Source: Hemiscyllium ocellatum (taxonomy: Eukaryota). Taken from it: 64,000 nt of DNA. How positions within the stretch are numbered: the stretch's first letter is position 1; each line of letters starts with the position of its first letter. Made by a program: the position numbers and the translations under genes. Location: contig NC_083409.1 of the NCBI RefSeq assembly GCF_020745735.1, positions 5,755,534 through 5,819,533 on the forward strand, given 5' to 3'. This document shows, piece by piece, positions 36,871 to 50,494 of the stretch. The notes beneath the pieces are model-generated. The model was not told the DNA's origin and ran no database searches. It worked only from the letters and a program-made list of their open reading frames with translations.

Positions 36871-39667
36871 ATCCAGAATGAGTGAGTTGACAGATCACAT
36901 GGAATCCTTCAGACAAGTTACACAAGGGCACAGTCCAGGCTTGCTGCAAACATTGGCATTCATTCCATTGAAGGGCTGGGAACTTCTCTATGGCGGTTTC
37001 CAGAGCACATCCTCCCTGGAAATATCACAGACTTTACTGAAATGGAACGAACTGAAAGAAGAGAAGGAAATGGGAAGAATTAACCAGACAAGGGTGAGCA
37101 TCAAGAGAGGTGGGAGTGTGTGGGAGATTCAATGTCATTAAAGAAATCCCAACTGGGTTTCACAAGAAAATGCTCAAATCGTCACCAGGATATAACAAGG
37201 GGAATCCTCACTGACGTAAACAGTATGAGAGTCAGAGACCCTGAGCCCCCGGTGCCTGACTCTCTCTGATGCATTACAGTCAAGGACTGTTTATTTGTCA
37301 ATGAAGGGAGACTTGTTGACATGGGGTTATATTATAATCAATGATAGGGGAGTATAGATAAAAAAAGAAGCGGCCAAAGGTTAAGAGGGAACAGAAAGAA
37401 AACGTTTTCACTCGGAGGGTGGTGGCAGTCTGGGACTCACTGCCTGTAAGGGTGGTTGAGGGAGAAGCTCTCCCTTAACATTGACATATTTTGATGTATG
37501 GCTCTGATGTCAAGGTATACAGGGTTACGGGCCAAGTGCTGGAACATGGAATTAGAATAGTGAGGTGGTTGATTTGACTGGCTTTAGCTCATTGAGCCGA
37601 AGAGCCTTGCCATTGTAGACCTGTTGTAGATGTCTGAATCAGCCAGGACTCCAGCAACGTGGCTGACCCTTACCTGCCATTTGAAAGGCCGATCAAGTCA
37701 CTCAGTTTCAGGGCAGTTAGGGATGGAGGGTGCCAGTGATACCCTCATTCCAGCCTCAGTGATAACCTGAACCTACAGGTTTCAAGTCCCACTCCAGACA
37801 CTGGAGCACTGTCTTGAGGTTGTCAAAGGCAAAGACGCCTTCTGCTGGATGATCGGTTAAACCACTGCCCCCTCAGGTCGATGTGAAGAGAAGGGCTTTG
37901 TGATCATCTCAGGTAAAAATCTCCCCAGTGTGCTGATGAATGCTTCTCCTATAGCCAATGGCATTAAAACAGATAAATAAACAAAATGCTGCAAATCTCA
38001 AATAGAAGCGCGATGCTGGAGAAAGGGAGCAGGTGCAGCCTCTGTGGGGAGAGGAAGAGTTAGCTTTTTTATTTCATCAAAAAGGCAGGGCATTTTATTT
38101 TATTTTATGTTGAATTATATTATTTTATTTAAATCTCGTTGAAAAATTGTTTAGCCCACTTGATTGGCACCACATCCACACACATCCATTCCCACCACAC
38201 CGAGGCTCAGTAACGGGTCTGTGTACTATTTACAAGATGCACTGCAGAGATTAATCAAAAATCCTGAGACAACATATTCCAAAGCCACGATTACTGAAAT
38301 CAAGGACAAAGGCAGCAAATACAATGGGAACATCACCCCAGCAAGTTGCCCTCCAAGCCATTCTCTAGTTTGACTTGGAATTATAACACCGTTCCTACAT
38401 TGTTACTGGGTCAGAATCCTAAATGCGTTGTGGATCTACTTACAGCACGCGGACTCCAGGGGTTCAAGAAGGCAGGTAATCACCACCTTGTCCAAAGCAA
38501 TTGGACATGAACAGTAAAAAGGCTGGTAAAAGTAAGAGTAGGCGTGCTTAAGGACCAGAAAGTGAGACTGTGATGTTTCAGTTATTACTAGACATTAATG
38601 TGACCACATCTCCAATAATGAGGGTAGTTTGGTCTCCTTATTTAACGAAGAATATAAATGCATTGGAGGTGTTGCAGAGGAGTTTTACCCGATTGTCACC
38701 TGGAATGAGTGGGCTGTGTGATGAGGCAAGGTTGGAAAGACAGGCCTTGTTCTCAGTGGAGTTTAGACGAGTCAAAGGTTTTCCTGTCGCATAGTATTTT
38801 CCAACTCCCTATCTGCCTCCCTCAAGGGTCATACCCTCCTGCCCCTTACTGAACTGTGCTGTCCTGAGGCCTATAATTTCCTTCTGGAACAAAGTCTCCA
38901 GGTATCGCCGTCCCTTCCGAATGTATCATTTTTCTCAACTCAGCCTCCAAGTGGGAGTTCCTGCAGTTTTATATATTCACTCCACATGTATTTACGCTGA
39001 ATCATTTCAATTCAATAAATATAATGATCTCACTTACAAATGAAAGTTTCCTTCATTGGAGCAGGAATTGTCTTCAATCTGTTTTGAAGTTTCAGTACTT
39101 TCAATTTATAAACCTTCCCTAATGGACATGTCCTGAAGCAGTCTATTTAGACAGTCCCTCATACTAAACAATTCCCAGCTGATCTGCTTACCAGACTCCT
39201 ATTCTCTTGTTTATCATTTTGTTTCATTCAAAACAAGTGTATGTGCAGGCTCCTAGCAACTGAAGTAACAGTTACAAATCAGTTTGGAAAAGCAAAGTGA
39301 GACTCCTTCTCCGAGTTCACCGAACTCCCACATTGACCAAAATTCCCAGCAACCCCCTCTGTTCTGGCTGCTCTCAGTGGTAGCTGCAGTATTAAGGCTG
39401 CCCTGTATTTATACTGTTTATGATTTATATCACTTCATTCTATTGTGCTAACGTTCAGGATCTGGGTTAAGCTCACTCGTTTCTCAGTTGAAAGCTTCTT
39501 TCTTTCATCCTGACAGAGACTTTACATGTGCAACCAGCAAATGGGACTTCAATGTTGGAATCAGTTTTCAAGATTGATGTGCTCAATAGTTTGATTTAAT
39601 GAGATGAGGTATGCAATATCTGTGACTCTTGTTGCAATCCAACCTTCTCCATCTAATCTCTTCACGG

Positions 39668-39700
39668 GTCGACATTTCGGGTATAACCCTTCTTCAGGAC
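39668..39700 (-). ncRNA. Minimal type I hammerhead ribozyme motif (Penelope-associated type)
   Basis: Minus strand: GUC-CUGAAGA-A-GGGU-UAU-ACCC-GAAA-UGUC-GAC. Intact CUGANGA/GAAA core, 4-bp stem II, 3-bp stem I, GUC cleavage triplet. Confidence 0.65.
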
Positions 39701-39709
39701 TCAGGGTTG

Positions 39710-42002
39710 GTGTTGGGGGAATCTGTGTGATGAGGTGGGGATAGATTGAGAAAGGTCGAGAGTATGACCTGATTGGTTGATGGGAGAAATGAATCTGGAT
39801 GGCATTGTCGCGAATAATGTGAAATTGAGTAATTTTGGGGTGGGGAAGAGGGATGTTTCCTGTTGCCCCTACTGTCTACCTTGGTATTTGAACCACTGGC
39901 AGGGACTGTCTGAAAAGACCCTGGAATAACGGCACCGAAGGTGGGAGTTGGGGACGAGAAAATCACTTTGCGTATGGACAATTTCTGCTGTTTTTAGCTA
40001 ACTCCGAAAAAGCCATACCCCGGCTAATACAAAAATTAAATTATTCAACAACGTTTCGCGGTAGAGTATAAGTTTTCCAAAATCGGATGACCTGCCTGTT
40101 GGGTGATTGGTGGAGGTACTGAAGCTGGAGGATCGAATGGAGTTTCCTTTTGGATGGTCACAGAAAAGTTTTCTTTTTTTGGGAATTTTAATTAACCCTC
40201 ACTTCCCGCAACTGTATGGGGCCAACCTAGTGTCGCTGTTTGACGGTGTAAAGCAGGACTTGCAGCGATGGAAGGGAATACCCAGATCATGGCTCGGCTG
40301 TATAACCTTGATTAAAATGAATGTTCTTCCTTGGTTGTTATATCCTGTGAGGATGCTCCCTTTGTTATTACCCAACCATGTGCTGCAGAGGTTTGTGGGA
40401 TGGCTTGAATCAGTTATTTGGCGCTGTCGGCGCAACTTAATTAAATTTACCAAATTGCAAATTCCGCAGGATATGGAGGGTGAGCGGTGGACCTCCCCGA
40501 TCTGAAGATATCTGAAGAGTAATCAGCACCCTATTGCCATATGTAGGTGAATGGGTGTGTAATGACTCAAAGTTGATGTCGCTTGATGTCGAGGCCTTGC
40601 AGGCGAGATGTCTCTTAGGAAGCTTACTGTTCATGGATGAGATGTGATCGGTAGGTGCGCATTGTGAAAGTCTGATTATCATTGATACGGTAAAGCATGG
40701 AGGATAATGCGGCAGGGTGGAGGCAATTTGTATTTCAGCCCGATAATGGGAGCCCCAGGATTTAGACTGGGGTCAATGGACTCCGGCTTCAGAGCATGGG
40801 AGCATAAAGAATCCCCAGTCTGGGCGATTTATTTGAGAGAGGGGTCTTGATGGCTTTTTGCTAATTAGGTCCGAAATATGGAATCCCTAATCGGGAACTT
40901 CTTTGATATTTCCATGTTAGGGATTACATACAGAGAAGAATACATTCTTGACCCACCCTGACAAGTCGGAGATAGAATGAAGAGTGCTCCGATGTGGGAC
41001 GCTCTTTCAGTTACTTCCACATATTACCTGCAGAGAGGGAATGCCTTAGGGGACATGTAGACAGTCAAGGAGATTTGGAATCAGGAGGTTAGGGGATAAA
41101 TCTAATCGGAAATGTGGGAGGATGTATGGGGGAATGTAAAGAAAATTTCAATCTGCAATAAGGCACAAGCAATGCAATTGAAGATCATCCCCTGGGCCCA
41201 AATGGAGCCAGAGAGGTTAGCAAAGTTTAATAAAGGGTCTTCCCCGAAATGTCCCAAATGTAAAAACAGTATTGACATCCTTATACATTGCTTTGGGTCC
41301 TGTTACAAAATCCGCGGATCCTGGGGGGCCATTGTGAATGAACTGGAGACAATCCTGGGATTGAACGTTTGGGAGGATCTGGTGTCCCTCCTTTTGGGAC
41401 TGTCGAAAATTCCCTCCTTGGGAGAGCACGGGAAGAGGTTATTCAACTTTCTTACACATTGTGTGAGGAAGGACATCCAAATGAATTGAATATCAGCAAA
41501 GCCTCCAGGTCTTGCAGGGTGGCACAGACTTGTGATGGAGCACATCCCTCAAGATTACTTGACAGTATGGGGCACCACGGAATGGAGCAATTTTACAAGA
41601 CATGGCTGCCCTTTCTAATTTACATCAACATGGATCTGTCGGCAGTACTGATTAGGGCCTTTATATCGGCACAAGGGCTTTATGTGGTGGTCCGGGGACC
41701 CCCGGGGAGTTGGTGGCTCGGAGGGGGGAGTTCTAGTAAATACGGGTATAATCACTCTTGCTCCTGTGGACGGGAGCCTTGATGGAGGGTGCGGCGAGTG
41801 GATTAATGTAATATAGTACAATGTAGTGCAATTTATTTTTAGTGGATTGTAATTGAATATAATGTTATTTTATTTGATTTGAGTTTGTGCTCATTTGTTT
41901 TAACTTAAGCAAATATGAGACAACTGTATCTTGAACACTACCCGGCGGTTTATTCACATTACTGTATTATATTTTTTTTTCAATAAATATTTACTAAAAA
42001 AA
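39710..42002 (+). mobile_element. L1-clade LINE, 5'-truncated and degenerate (RT C-terminal half, Cys/His knuckle, polyA)
   Basis: LIKMNVLPWLLYP; PERLAKFNKGSSPKCPKC...LIHCFGSC; ends aataaatatttactaaaaaaa. Confidence 0.8.
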
Positions 42003-42088
42003 GAGGAACATTAGGGAAAATTAACAGGCAGAAGCACCATGCAATAGAAATGATCAGGAGTGGTGACAAAGGAGGGAGAAAACGAGAT

Positions 42089-42093
<5 letters not shown>

Positions 42094-42119
<26 letters not shown>

Positions 42120-42160
42120 CAAGAGAGAGTGAGTTCTGAAGTAGAGAGAGAGAGAGAGAG
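42094..42160. repeat. Interrupted (GA)n microsatellite
   Basis: Directly visible gagagaga runs. Confidence 0.95.
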
Positions 42161-42835
42161 TTCTGAAGAAGTTCTGAATCAGTGCAAGTGATCTCAAAAA
42201 CTGCTCAAAGTTTGCAACTTTTTCCTGAAAACGAATATCACAAATACAGACCATTTAAATGAAAAAAATCAATTCTCCTTTCTGAAATTGTTTGAAATTA
42301 AAAAAAATAAAATCAAGACTTATCATAATGAAGCAAGTGCAAGTATTTAAAATCCTCAATTCCTCTGCCTTCCACTTCAGTCATGCAGATATAGTCCTCC
42401 TCACTCAGAGGGAGTATTCAGTGTCTGATATCAGCCATTGTTTCAACTCTCAGAGCTAACGTACACCAAACACATATCATCGCACCAATGAATATACTTT
42501 TTAAAAAGGTAAATGAAGGTGTAAATGAAAAAAACAAAATTGAATGTGCAAACTTCTTTGAATTCAAGTCTGTGCTACAGTTTGGATAAATAAATGGAAT
42601 AGGATTGTATATAAATAGTTAGGGAGAAAGATTGGCACTTCTGGTATGTACATCCTGCCGTTTGGCTGACTCCAATAATATCCCAAACCAGCTACTTATT
42701 GAGGAAATTCTATGCCAGGTGTCAAAATTCAATCAGAGAGAGGAGTTTAGAATCCGAGGTGGATTCTGTTCCGCTGGGGACATGAAGTTTGATTTTGTTC
42801 TGGAGTCGACAAGTTGGCCGATGGCATGGCCCGTG

Positions 42836-42999
42836 TTAGGATGACATGAGTTTTAACTGTTGCCCCGAATCTGATTCGGTACATTTATTGTGTCTTTTAT
42901 CAGAGCTTCAAAAATATCATCTGCCAACTGCATCTTCACACAAAGCTCATTCTCATCATAATTCACCCATTGGGCTTCCTCCTCATAAAGCTCTTGAAC
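42836..42999 (-). pseudogene. CEP350: CEP350 last coding exon
   Basis: AG|VQELYEEEAQWVNYDENELCVKMQLADDIFEALIKDTINVPNQIRGNS* (stop 42855-42853). A probable 1-nt deletion near the end shifts away from a TAA at 42838-42836. Confidence 0.9.
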
Positions 43000-45191
43000 C
43001 TGCCAGAAAAAAAAACAGAGGGGGTGTTACAGTTTTTATATCAAGATTTATTTGTTACAGCTCTTTCCTGTCGTAGCGAGCAACGTTTGCCCTGAAATCA
43101 CTTAGACTTCAGGCCTTCCACTTTCCTTGTGTCCAGGATCGCACAAGTGGCCATTCCCACACAGCAGTGCAGCTTGGACAGGAGTTCTGGAGGGATTGCT
43201 GTGAGATCAATGGAGAATCACGTGTTATTCTTGGACAAGACAATACCAAAGCTGAGAAGATTAAGTACTAGCTGCATAAATTAGGTCTGACCTGAATATT
43301 TCCAGCACTTATTTTACTTTTATTTGATAAACTAGGCCTGAATTCTCTTGAGTAAAGATGACTAGGGGATCGATCTACAGAAGTGACTGAGATGATTAAA
43401 CGATTTGACAGCGACGGAAGTGAGAAACTAGTTCCTTTGGCGAGGCAGGCCAGAAATAGGGAATGCAGGAAAATAAGACTTACGTTGATTAGAGGTGATG
43501 AGAAGAAGCATTTTGTCACCCAAACCATACTAAAATAATCTAATTCCGTCCAGCCTTAAAAACTATTGTGTCTATTACAGCATTTTAATACGAGCGTTGA
43601 GAGTTATTTGTAAGGTCAATAACAGTTAGGAACAATTAGGAAATCAATATGCAGAGTTAAGATACAAAACAGCTATGATTACGAGTACGAGAACTGATTG
43701 AAGGGTGCTGTTGGCTTAAACCTGTTCCTGCCTGGTTTTGAATTTGGTTCCAACGCCACAACTTTTCAAACCAGTAAGATCAATCACCAATATTGCCAGT
43801 AACATAATAAATGAGTGGAGATGTTTTACTCAGTACGCACAACCAGAAATGAATACCCACCACAAGGAAACAGCTGGTGAGTGTAACTGAATTACACGTT
43901 TTAACTTTAGGCTGCCCCTCTGCCCTTGTGTAGCTGTGATCTGGCGGTATCACTACTTGAGCTGGTGCAGAACAGAGATTTTCAACCATTGCCTAATGGA
44001 CACACAATATCAGCAGGAAGTCTTTGATCCAAAGTGTGAAAAAAGCAATGATTTGATGTTTTGGCATATCAAGCACCAATTCTTTTTAAAACTTCAGTGT
44101 TGGGATGTTGACCCCCATTTATCCACAGAAAGATATTTTTCATGAAGTACTGTAGCTTGCGTGTTGAAGGTATTCCCACAGCACTGCACGCTCAGGGATT
44201 CCAGGAGATTAACCATGTAAATATAAAAGGAAAGGTGACATCTGACCGAGTCAAGGTGGTGGTGTGGTCTGAAGATAACGGTGTTCTTACAGACCTGTTA
44301 AACTCATCAGTCTGCTCACACATGTTGTGCCATGACACACCAACACATGGGGAGGACTGAAAAGGTCTGCAAAAACTGCCTTCTAATTTTTCTATACTTT
44401 AGATTTTGTACTCAAATGGGAATAAAGCAATCTTAAAACCCAAGGATTGTTCAGGGATTGCTGGCACTTCTCGGTAGCAAACTCCCTGACATGCACTAAA
44501 TGCTACTCACACAGTTCAAGCAGTATTGGATGGCTTTCAGACAAGCTGTTTCGAAGGGCTGTGTTCAACGGGAGATTCAGTCAATATTAAGTAGCTAACT
44601 AGTCACTAGTCCACAGACAAAAATTCTTTGGACAAAACCTGAGATTGGCTCCCAGGTAACTGATCAGCCTGGGGCTGTATACATGTGACTTGGCAAATCA
44701 CGACATCTCCACAAGTTAAGGATCGGTCACTGCAGGAAAAAGCCTGAAGAAAATCATTTTCTTTTCCCTTTAGCACTTGCTGTAAACTGCGACTATTAAT
44801 TAATAAGTGAGAGACTTGTACACGTGTGGACTTGTCACCCTGCGCCTCCTGAAAACCAATCGGAGCATCTGGAGTAGGAAGATGAAGGAACAGAATTCTG
44901 ATCAGCACAAGGATTATCTCAGGAAAAGCCATCAACAGGTACCATGGAAGTACGTTCCCAGTCCTTCTCTTTATGCAAAACACCCAATTCACTTTGTACC
45001 TGTCTTTTTGTCTGTGTATGTATAATGAGGAATGCATGTGGGAGAGGTTGTTAGATTTAGTTAGTAGTTATTTGCCAGTGGTTGGTAACTATTTTAATTT
45101 TTATTTGTAGCAAACTGTAACTCTTGTTAAGCAAAGAACCCTGACCTGAACTTTCTGTAACATTGGGTCGAAAAGACAGGTAAGTGAGGAA

Positions 45192-45372
45192 CCAAAAGAG
45201 AAAATGATGGAAAGGCTCAGCAGGTATGGCAGCATCTGTAAGGAGAGACAAGAACTGACGTTTCGAGTCTGACTCTTTTCTGTCCTAACAGAAGCTGCCA
45301 GACTTGCTGAGCTTTACCGGCATTTTCTCTTTTGGTTTCAGATTCATGCATCTGCAGTAATTTGCTATTATT
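45192..45372. mobile_element. 181-bp hairpin non-autonomous retroelement with 14-bp TSD
   Basis: TSD aggtaagtgaggaa at 45178-45191 and 45373-45386; ~45-bp inverted arms (45195-45240 / 45288-45333); tattatt tail. Confidence 0.75.
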
Positions 45373-45666
45373 AGGTAAGTGAGGAATTCAATGTACTTCT
45401 GAATTTCTTTGAAACTTTTGTGGCAACTAATGAATAGCAGGTATTGAGTTTCAGCAAATTACTCTAGCGAGGGCCAAGTTTTCAATTCAGTCAGAAAGTT
45501 AAAGCATTTTATGGACAAATGCAGGATAGCCAGACAGGTCAGCCAAAGACAGGTAAAGCATTTGTCATTTGAAATAATAGAAAATTCAGATGTACGATGA
45601 GGTGTTCATAATTGTGATGCAATAGTACAATATAAAACTGAACAGTTACTAAACTGAAGCACTTAC

Positions 45667-45788
45667 CAAAATATGGTCCCCCCAATCACGTTGTTTGTGC
45701 CAAATTTCTTCAACTTCTGCAAAACCGTCTTCTGATGTTGCTCTACGTTCAACCCAAATAACTTCAAAACTTCATTAGAAATGAAGAT
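45667..45788 (-). pseudogene. CEP350: CEP350 penultimate exon, frameshifted
   Basis: IFISNEVLKLFGLNVEQHQKTVLQKLKKFGT-[fs]-RDWGDHIL|GTAAGT; 122 nt where the recalled human exon has 41 codons (123 nt). Confidence 0.85.
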
Positions 45789-47039
45789 CTGTGGGTAGAA
45801 GCAAGGAGAAGTGGCAGCTGGTGCACACAACCTAAATACAGACAAAAACACCCAAAATCTATTATCCTTCCCTAAAACTGCTCAATGAAGACTTTAATGC
45901 TTCGACCTTATGATTCTTCCCCCATTCAGAATTATGGGAAAATTGGATGGAACTCAAAGCGTGTTCAATGAAAAAGAATCGACTAAATGCTTTAAAACAT
46001 AATTATAATTGAAATCAATAACATTAGTGAGATCCAAAAGCACAGACAATGCAACTTAAAGGTAACATGCGAGAGCATTGAGAGAAGTTTTGACATGTTC
46101 CATTGCCTAAGACCTCGGTTGAGAAATGATTAAATATTCACTGATCGACTCTCTGCATTGCATGGTTCAGCACTTTGCCTACATCATCTTCGAATCAGCC
46201 TCTGCTTCGTCAAATTCCAAAAATGCTCTGCCTTTAATTGACTGTAGGCAGCCAACTGAAGATCAGCACTGTGGGAAGTCTCACAATAAATATTGGGGCT
46301 TACATGGATTCATACAGCCCACCCAGCCATTCAGGAAGGTCAAATTATTCTCAATTTAACAGATGAGTACTTCAAAGCTATATGATCTAGCCACTGACCA
46401 CGGCCTCACATGGCTCCAAGCAGAAGGATTTTGATAGGTTTCTCGGCTCACACCGTTCAAGGCAAGTAACACGCCCAGACATCTTGGTGCGAAACAGTTC
46501 AGACTGAAGATACATTCGAGTCGAGTTATAAAGACAAAGCAAAGGAAATGATCAGTTCCAAATTTGGTCTGTGACTGAAAAGCTAATTTACACATGCCCA
46601 TTCTCAGTCCATGGCAAAGTGCAACACTTCACAAACTATGCTCAAAGGGAAGTCAGGCTAGACAATGAGCAGCTTGATGTTGACTTTAGACCGTGGCAAA
46701 AAGTTCATATTGCCGCGTTGCAAGTCTGAGTTACTGGGAAGAATCATCCAGTGTACACTTCAATGTCAGTGCCACAGTAAAATAGAAATTGCATTGTTGT
46801 AATTGTAAAGAACTTGGTCTGCATGCTGGACAATACTTTGTAACCAATGCTCAAGTCACCCACCTTAACGTCAAATTGCCAAAAACAACTTGCAAATATA
46901 TATCACTTTTCACACTTGTACTATGTTGTTCCCAACCTTTGAAGTATAGCTACTAATTATAATATCGTCAAAAGTCGGAACAAACTTTCACACAGTCGGA
47001 ACGTATTCGGAACAAAATTGCCAGTCAACGACCATTTCC

Positions 47040-48030
47040 AGTAGGAGGCCTGTGACCAGTGGTGACCCACTAGGATCAGTGCTGGGTTCACTTCTTCTCG
47101 TCATTTAAATAAATGATTTGGATGTGAACATGGAACATAGAATGGTTCGTACATTTGCAGATGACACCAAAATTGGAGGTGCAGTGGACAGTGAAAAGTG
47201 GACATTCAGATGGGATGAGGAGTGGCAGATGAAGTTTAATTCAGATAAATGTGAGGTGCTGCATTTTGGAAAGGCAAATCAGGTCAGAACTTATACACTC
47301 AACGGTAAAGTCCTGGGGAGTGTTGCTGAACAAAGAGACCTTGGAGTGCAGGTTCATAGTTCGTTGAAAGTGGAGTCACACGTAAACAGGATGGTGAAGG
47401 TGGTGTTTGGTATGTTTGCCTTTATTGGTCAGAGCATTGAGTACAGGAGTTGGGAGGTCATGTTGCAGCAGGATAGGATACTGATCAGGCCTCTTTTAGA
47501 ATACTCTGGGCAATTTTGGACTACCTGCTCTTGGAAGGATGTTGTGTATCTTGAAAGAGCTATGCAAAGATTTACAACGGTGTTGCCAGGATGGGGGGTT
47601 TCTGATATAGGAAGATGATGAATTGGTTGGGTTACTTTCCCTGGAGCATTGGAGGCTGAGGGGCGACTGCGAAAGATTTATAAATCATGAAGGGTATGGA
47701 TAGGATAAATAGGCAAGTATTTTCCCTGGTGAAGGCAAATCCAAAACTAGAAGGCATAGGTGAGAGGGGAAATATTTAAACGGTACGTAAGGGTAACTGT
47801 TTCATGTGGAGGGTGGTGTGTACATGGAATGAGCTGCCAGAAGAAGTGGAGGCGGCTGGCATAATGACGATATTTAAAAAGGCATCTGGCAGCGTATATG
47901 AATAGGAAGGGTTTAAGTGAGAAATGGACCAAATGCTGGCAAATGGGATTCGATTTTATCTCGGATAACTGGTCTGTATGGACAAGTTGAACCGAAAGGT
48001 CTGTTTCTGAGCTGTACATCTCTACGACCC
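47040..48030 (+). mobile_element. CR1-type LINE 3' fragment
   Basis: FADDTKIGGAVDSE, QMKFNSDKCEVLHFG, LIRPLLEY. Confidence 0.88.
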
Positions 48031-49079
48031 TAAGAGACATTTAACCAATGGCCCTTCACATTCAATGGTATTACCATCACTGAATCTTCCACAGTGAACA
48101 TCAAGGGGGTTACCATGGACCAGAAACTCATCTGGACTTATTTAATAAATACTGTGGGCTACAAGGGCTGGTCAGAGGCTTGGAATACTCTGGTGTATAA
48201 CTCACCTTCTGATTCCCCATAGCAATTCCAACGAGTACAAAGCACAAGTGTGGAGTCGGATGGAATCCGCCCACTTGCCTGTATGAGTGCAGCTCCAGTA
48301 TCATACAAAAAAGCTTGCCACATCCAAGGCAAAGGAGCCCACTTGATTGGCACCACATCTGTAAGCAGCCATGACCTCCACCACGCTCCCCTCAGTAGCA
48401 GCAGTGTGTACAACCTACAAGATGCAGAGCAGAAATTCAGAGATCTTCAGCCAGGTCCTCCCAAATCTGTGACCATCTAGATCAAGAAAGACAAGAGCAG
48501 CAGTCCGCCACCTGTAAGTTCCCCTCCAAGCCACTCATCATACTGACTTAGAAAAATACCATTGTTTCTTCAGGGTTGCTGTATCAAATTCCGGGAATTT
48601 CCTCCCGAAGGGCATTGTGGGTTTACCTAAAGCACATGGATTGCAGTGGTTACAAAAGTTAGCTCACCAGGTTCTCAAAAGCAAGTAGGATCAGTCAATA
48701 AATGCTGGCCAGCCGGCGATGCCCAGATTATGTGAGTCATTTAAAAACGTTTATTGAGGAGTTCAGAATGAAAATGGGGTTCCTTGGTTCTCAAAGGGCC
48801 TAGAGGATTTTTCTTGTTCATTCATGAAATGTGGGTGTCATTGGCTGGCCAGCACTTATTAACGCCTCCTGGTTTTCCTTAAGATGGTGTTGAGCTAAAC
48901 CCACAATCTCATTAGGGAGGGAACTCCACGATACAGTGACAGATTTCCAATTCATGATATTGGCCACCGTTGACAAGTTGAGTCACTCACTCAATCTACA
49001 TACTTTAACTCCAACCAGCATCACGTTTGCAACATTATTACTGACAAATCGGAAAAAAAGGACTACATGGAGTTATTAA

Positions 49080-49225
49080 CTTCACTTCACTTAAATTCTG
49101 TGGATTCCTCACTTGTTTGAAGAATGAAGAGGTAAATCGGCTTAGCTTCATCCTGAGGCTGAGGTGGCACTGACGTAGTCAGAAAAGATGTCAGCAAAAA
49201 TTTCCCTTGTCACATTAAGGAGAAG
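49080..49225 (-). pseudogene. CEP350: CEP350 third-last exon, frameshifted with defective donor
   Basis: LLLNVTREIFADIFSD...[fs]MKLSRFTSSFFKQVRNPQNLSEVK (cf. recalled human AVFDLTKEIFEEIFAE...WMKPCRINSSYFRRVKNPNNLDEIK); 146 nt vs 147; AAG followed by TTAATA instead of GT. Confidence 0.82.
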
Positions 49226-50494
49226 CTGGAAGAAGTAAAAGCATAACAGAGAGAAAAAAAAATATATTAGATACGTCCTCTCCACGCAAAAAAAAACGCT
49301 TGTTAGATCACTGCAGTGAAAATAAACGGGAATATTGTTGAAAATATATGAAATAACAACTGTTTGCTTCACGATCTGAACCAAGGATATATTTAGATTT
49401 TCATTGATTGAAGGAGAGAATGCAACAGAGAGAATAGAGAAGGGGTTTAAAATGATTGCAGAACTACCAAGGGTAGGTGCAGATGTATTAGACAAGATTA
49501 CCTGCATAATACTAAGGAAGGCACCACAACGCCACATGCTCTTGCTACATAACCAAATTTTTAAACGAACACAAAAAATGTTCCCTCCCCAGAAACAAAC
49601 CTAGAAACTACGACTTACTTGAACCACTCTGGAACTTCCCCAAGTCCTTTTCGATATCTCCACTCTTCTGTCTATTTAAATCCCGTTTGCTATCCCTGCC
49701 TTAATTCCTTGCCAACTAATCTCATGCATGATACCTTGTCATATGTCTTTTTTTTAAAAAGTGCCTGTACCCACCCATCATATCTCCACATCTGAAAACG
49801 GAGTTTTTTAAGCAATGTCATCTCTTTTGAAATCTGCTCTGACTGCTTTGTTTTGCAGTTACCTGTTTTCTTCCTGTTTCATCTTTAAAAACTTGCATTT
49901 ATAACAAATCTTTCATATGATAAAACAAATCAAGTGGTTTCACAGAAATAGCATAAAACTGAATACTGAGCCTCAAATAGTTCCAAGGGAAGATGTGAAA
50001 TCTGTCATACAGTTCGTGTGTCTTGAAAGAGGAAAGCGACATAGACAGAAGTAAAGTTCAGGGAGGGGATTAAAGAGGTCACTGTCTTAGTAACTGAAGG
50101 CTTTTCCATTAATGGAGCAATTAAAATTGAAATTCTCAAAGATTTAATTAAACGAATACAAATAGCTTGCCTGAAATGTATAATAATGTAAAATAACGTA
50201 AATGGTGCAAATACTGGTTCTAGTATTATCCTTCACCAACCTGCTTTCTGGAATAGAACAAGTAGTATAATTCAATCGTCAAGTCTGGAAGTAAGACAGA
50301 CATTGACGTAGCTTCTGCAGGGGAAGAACGGAGGTGAGGCAGAGACAGATAATTGGAGATTGTGTAAAATGTCGAAGCAGGTCATTTGGCCTTTTCAGTC
50401 CACATCAACCCTCCGAGGACCAGCCCACCCAAAGCCCCCTCCCCACCTGGATTTCTCATTGTTAATCCACCAAGCCCGCACATAGTTCCCATGC

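Noticed and set aside
44600-45162. Second LTR-like segment ending ...ctgtaaca
   Set aside because: Could not define a 5' TG end, a TSD or a primer-binding site.
46170-46240. Minus-strand EFDEAEADSKMM*A resembling the CEP350 C-terminus
   Set aside because: Out of exon order, contains a stop, no splice sites; the real last exon is at 42999-42836.
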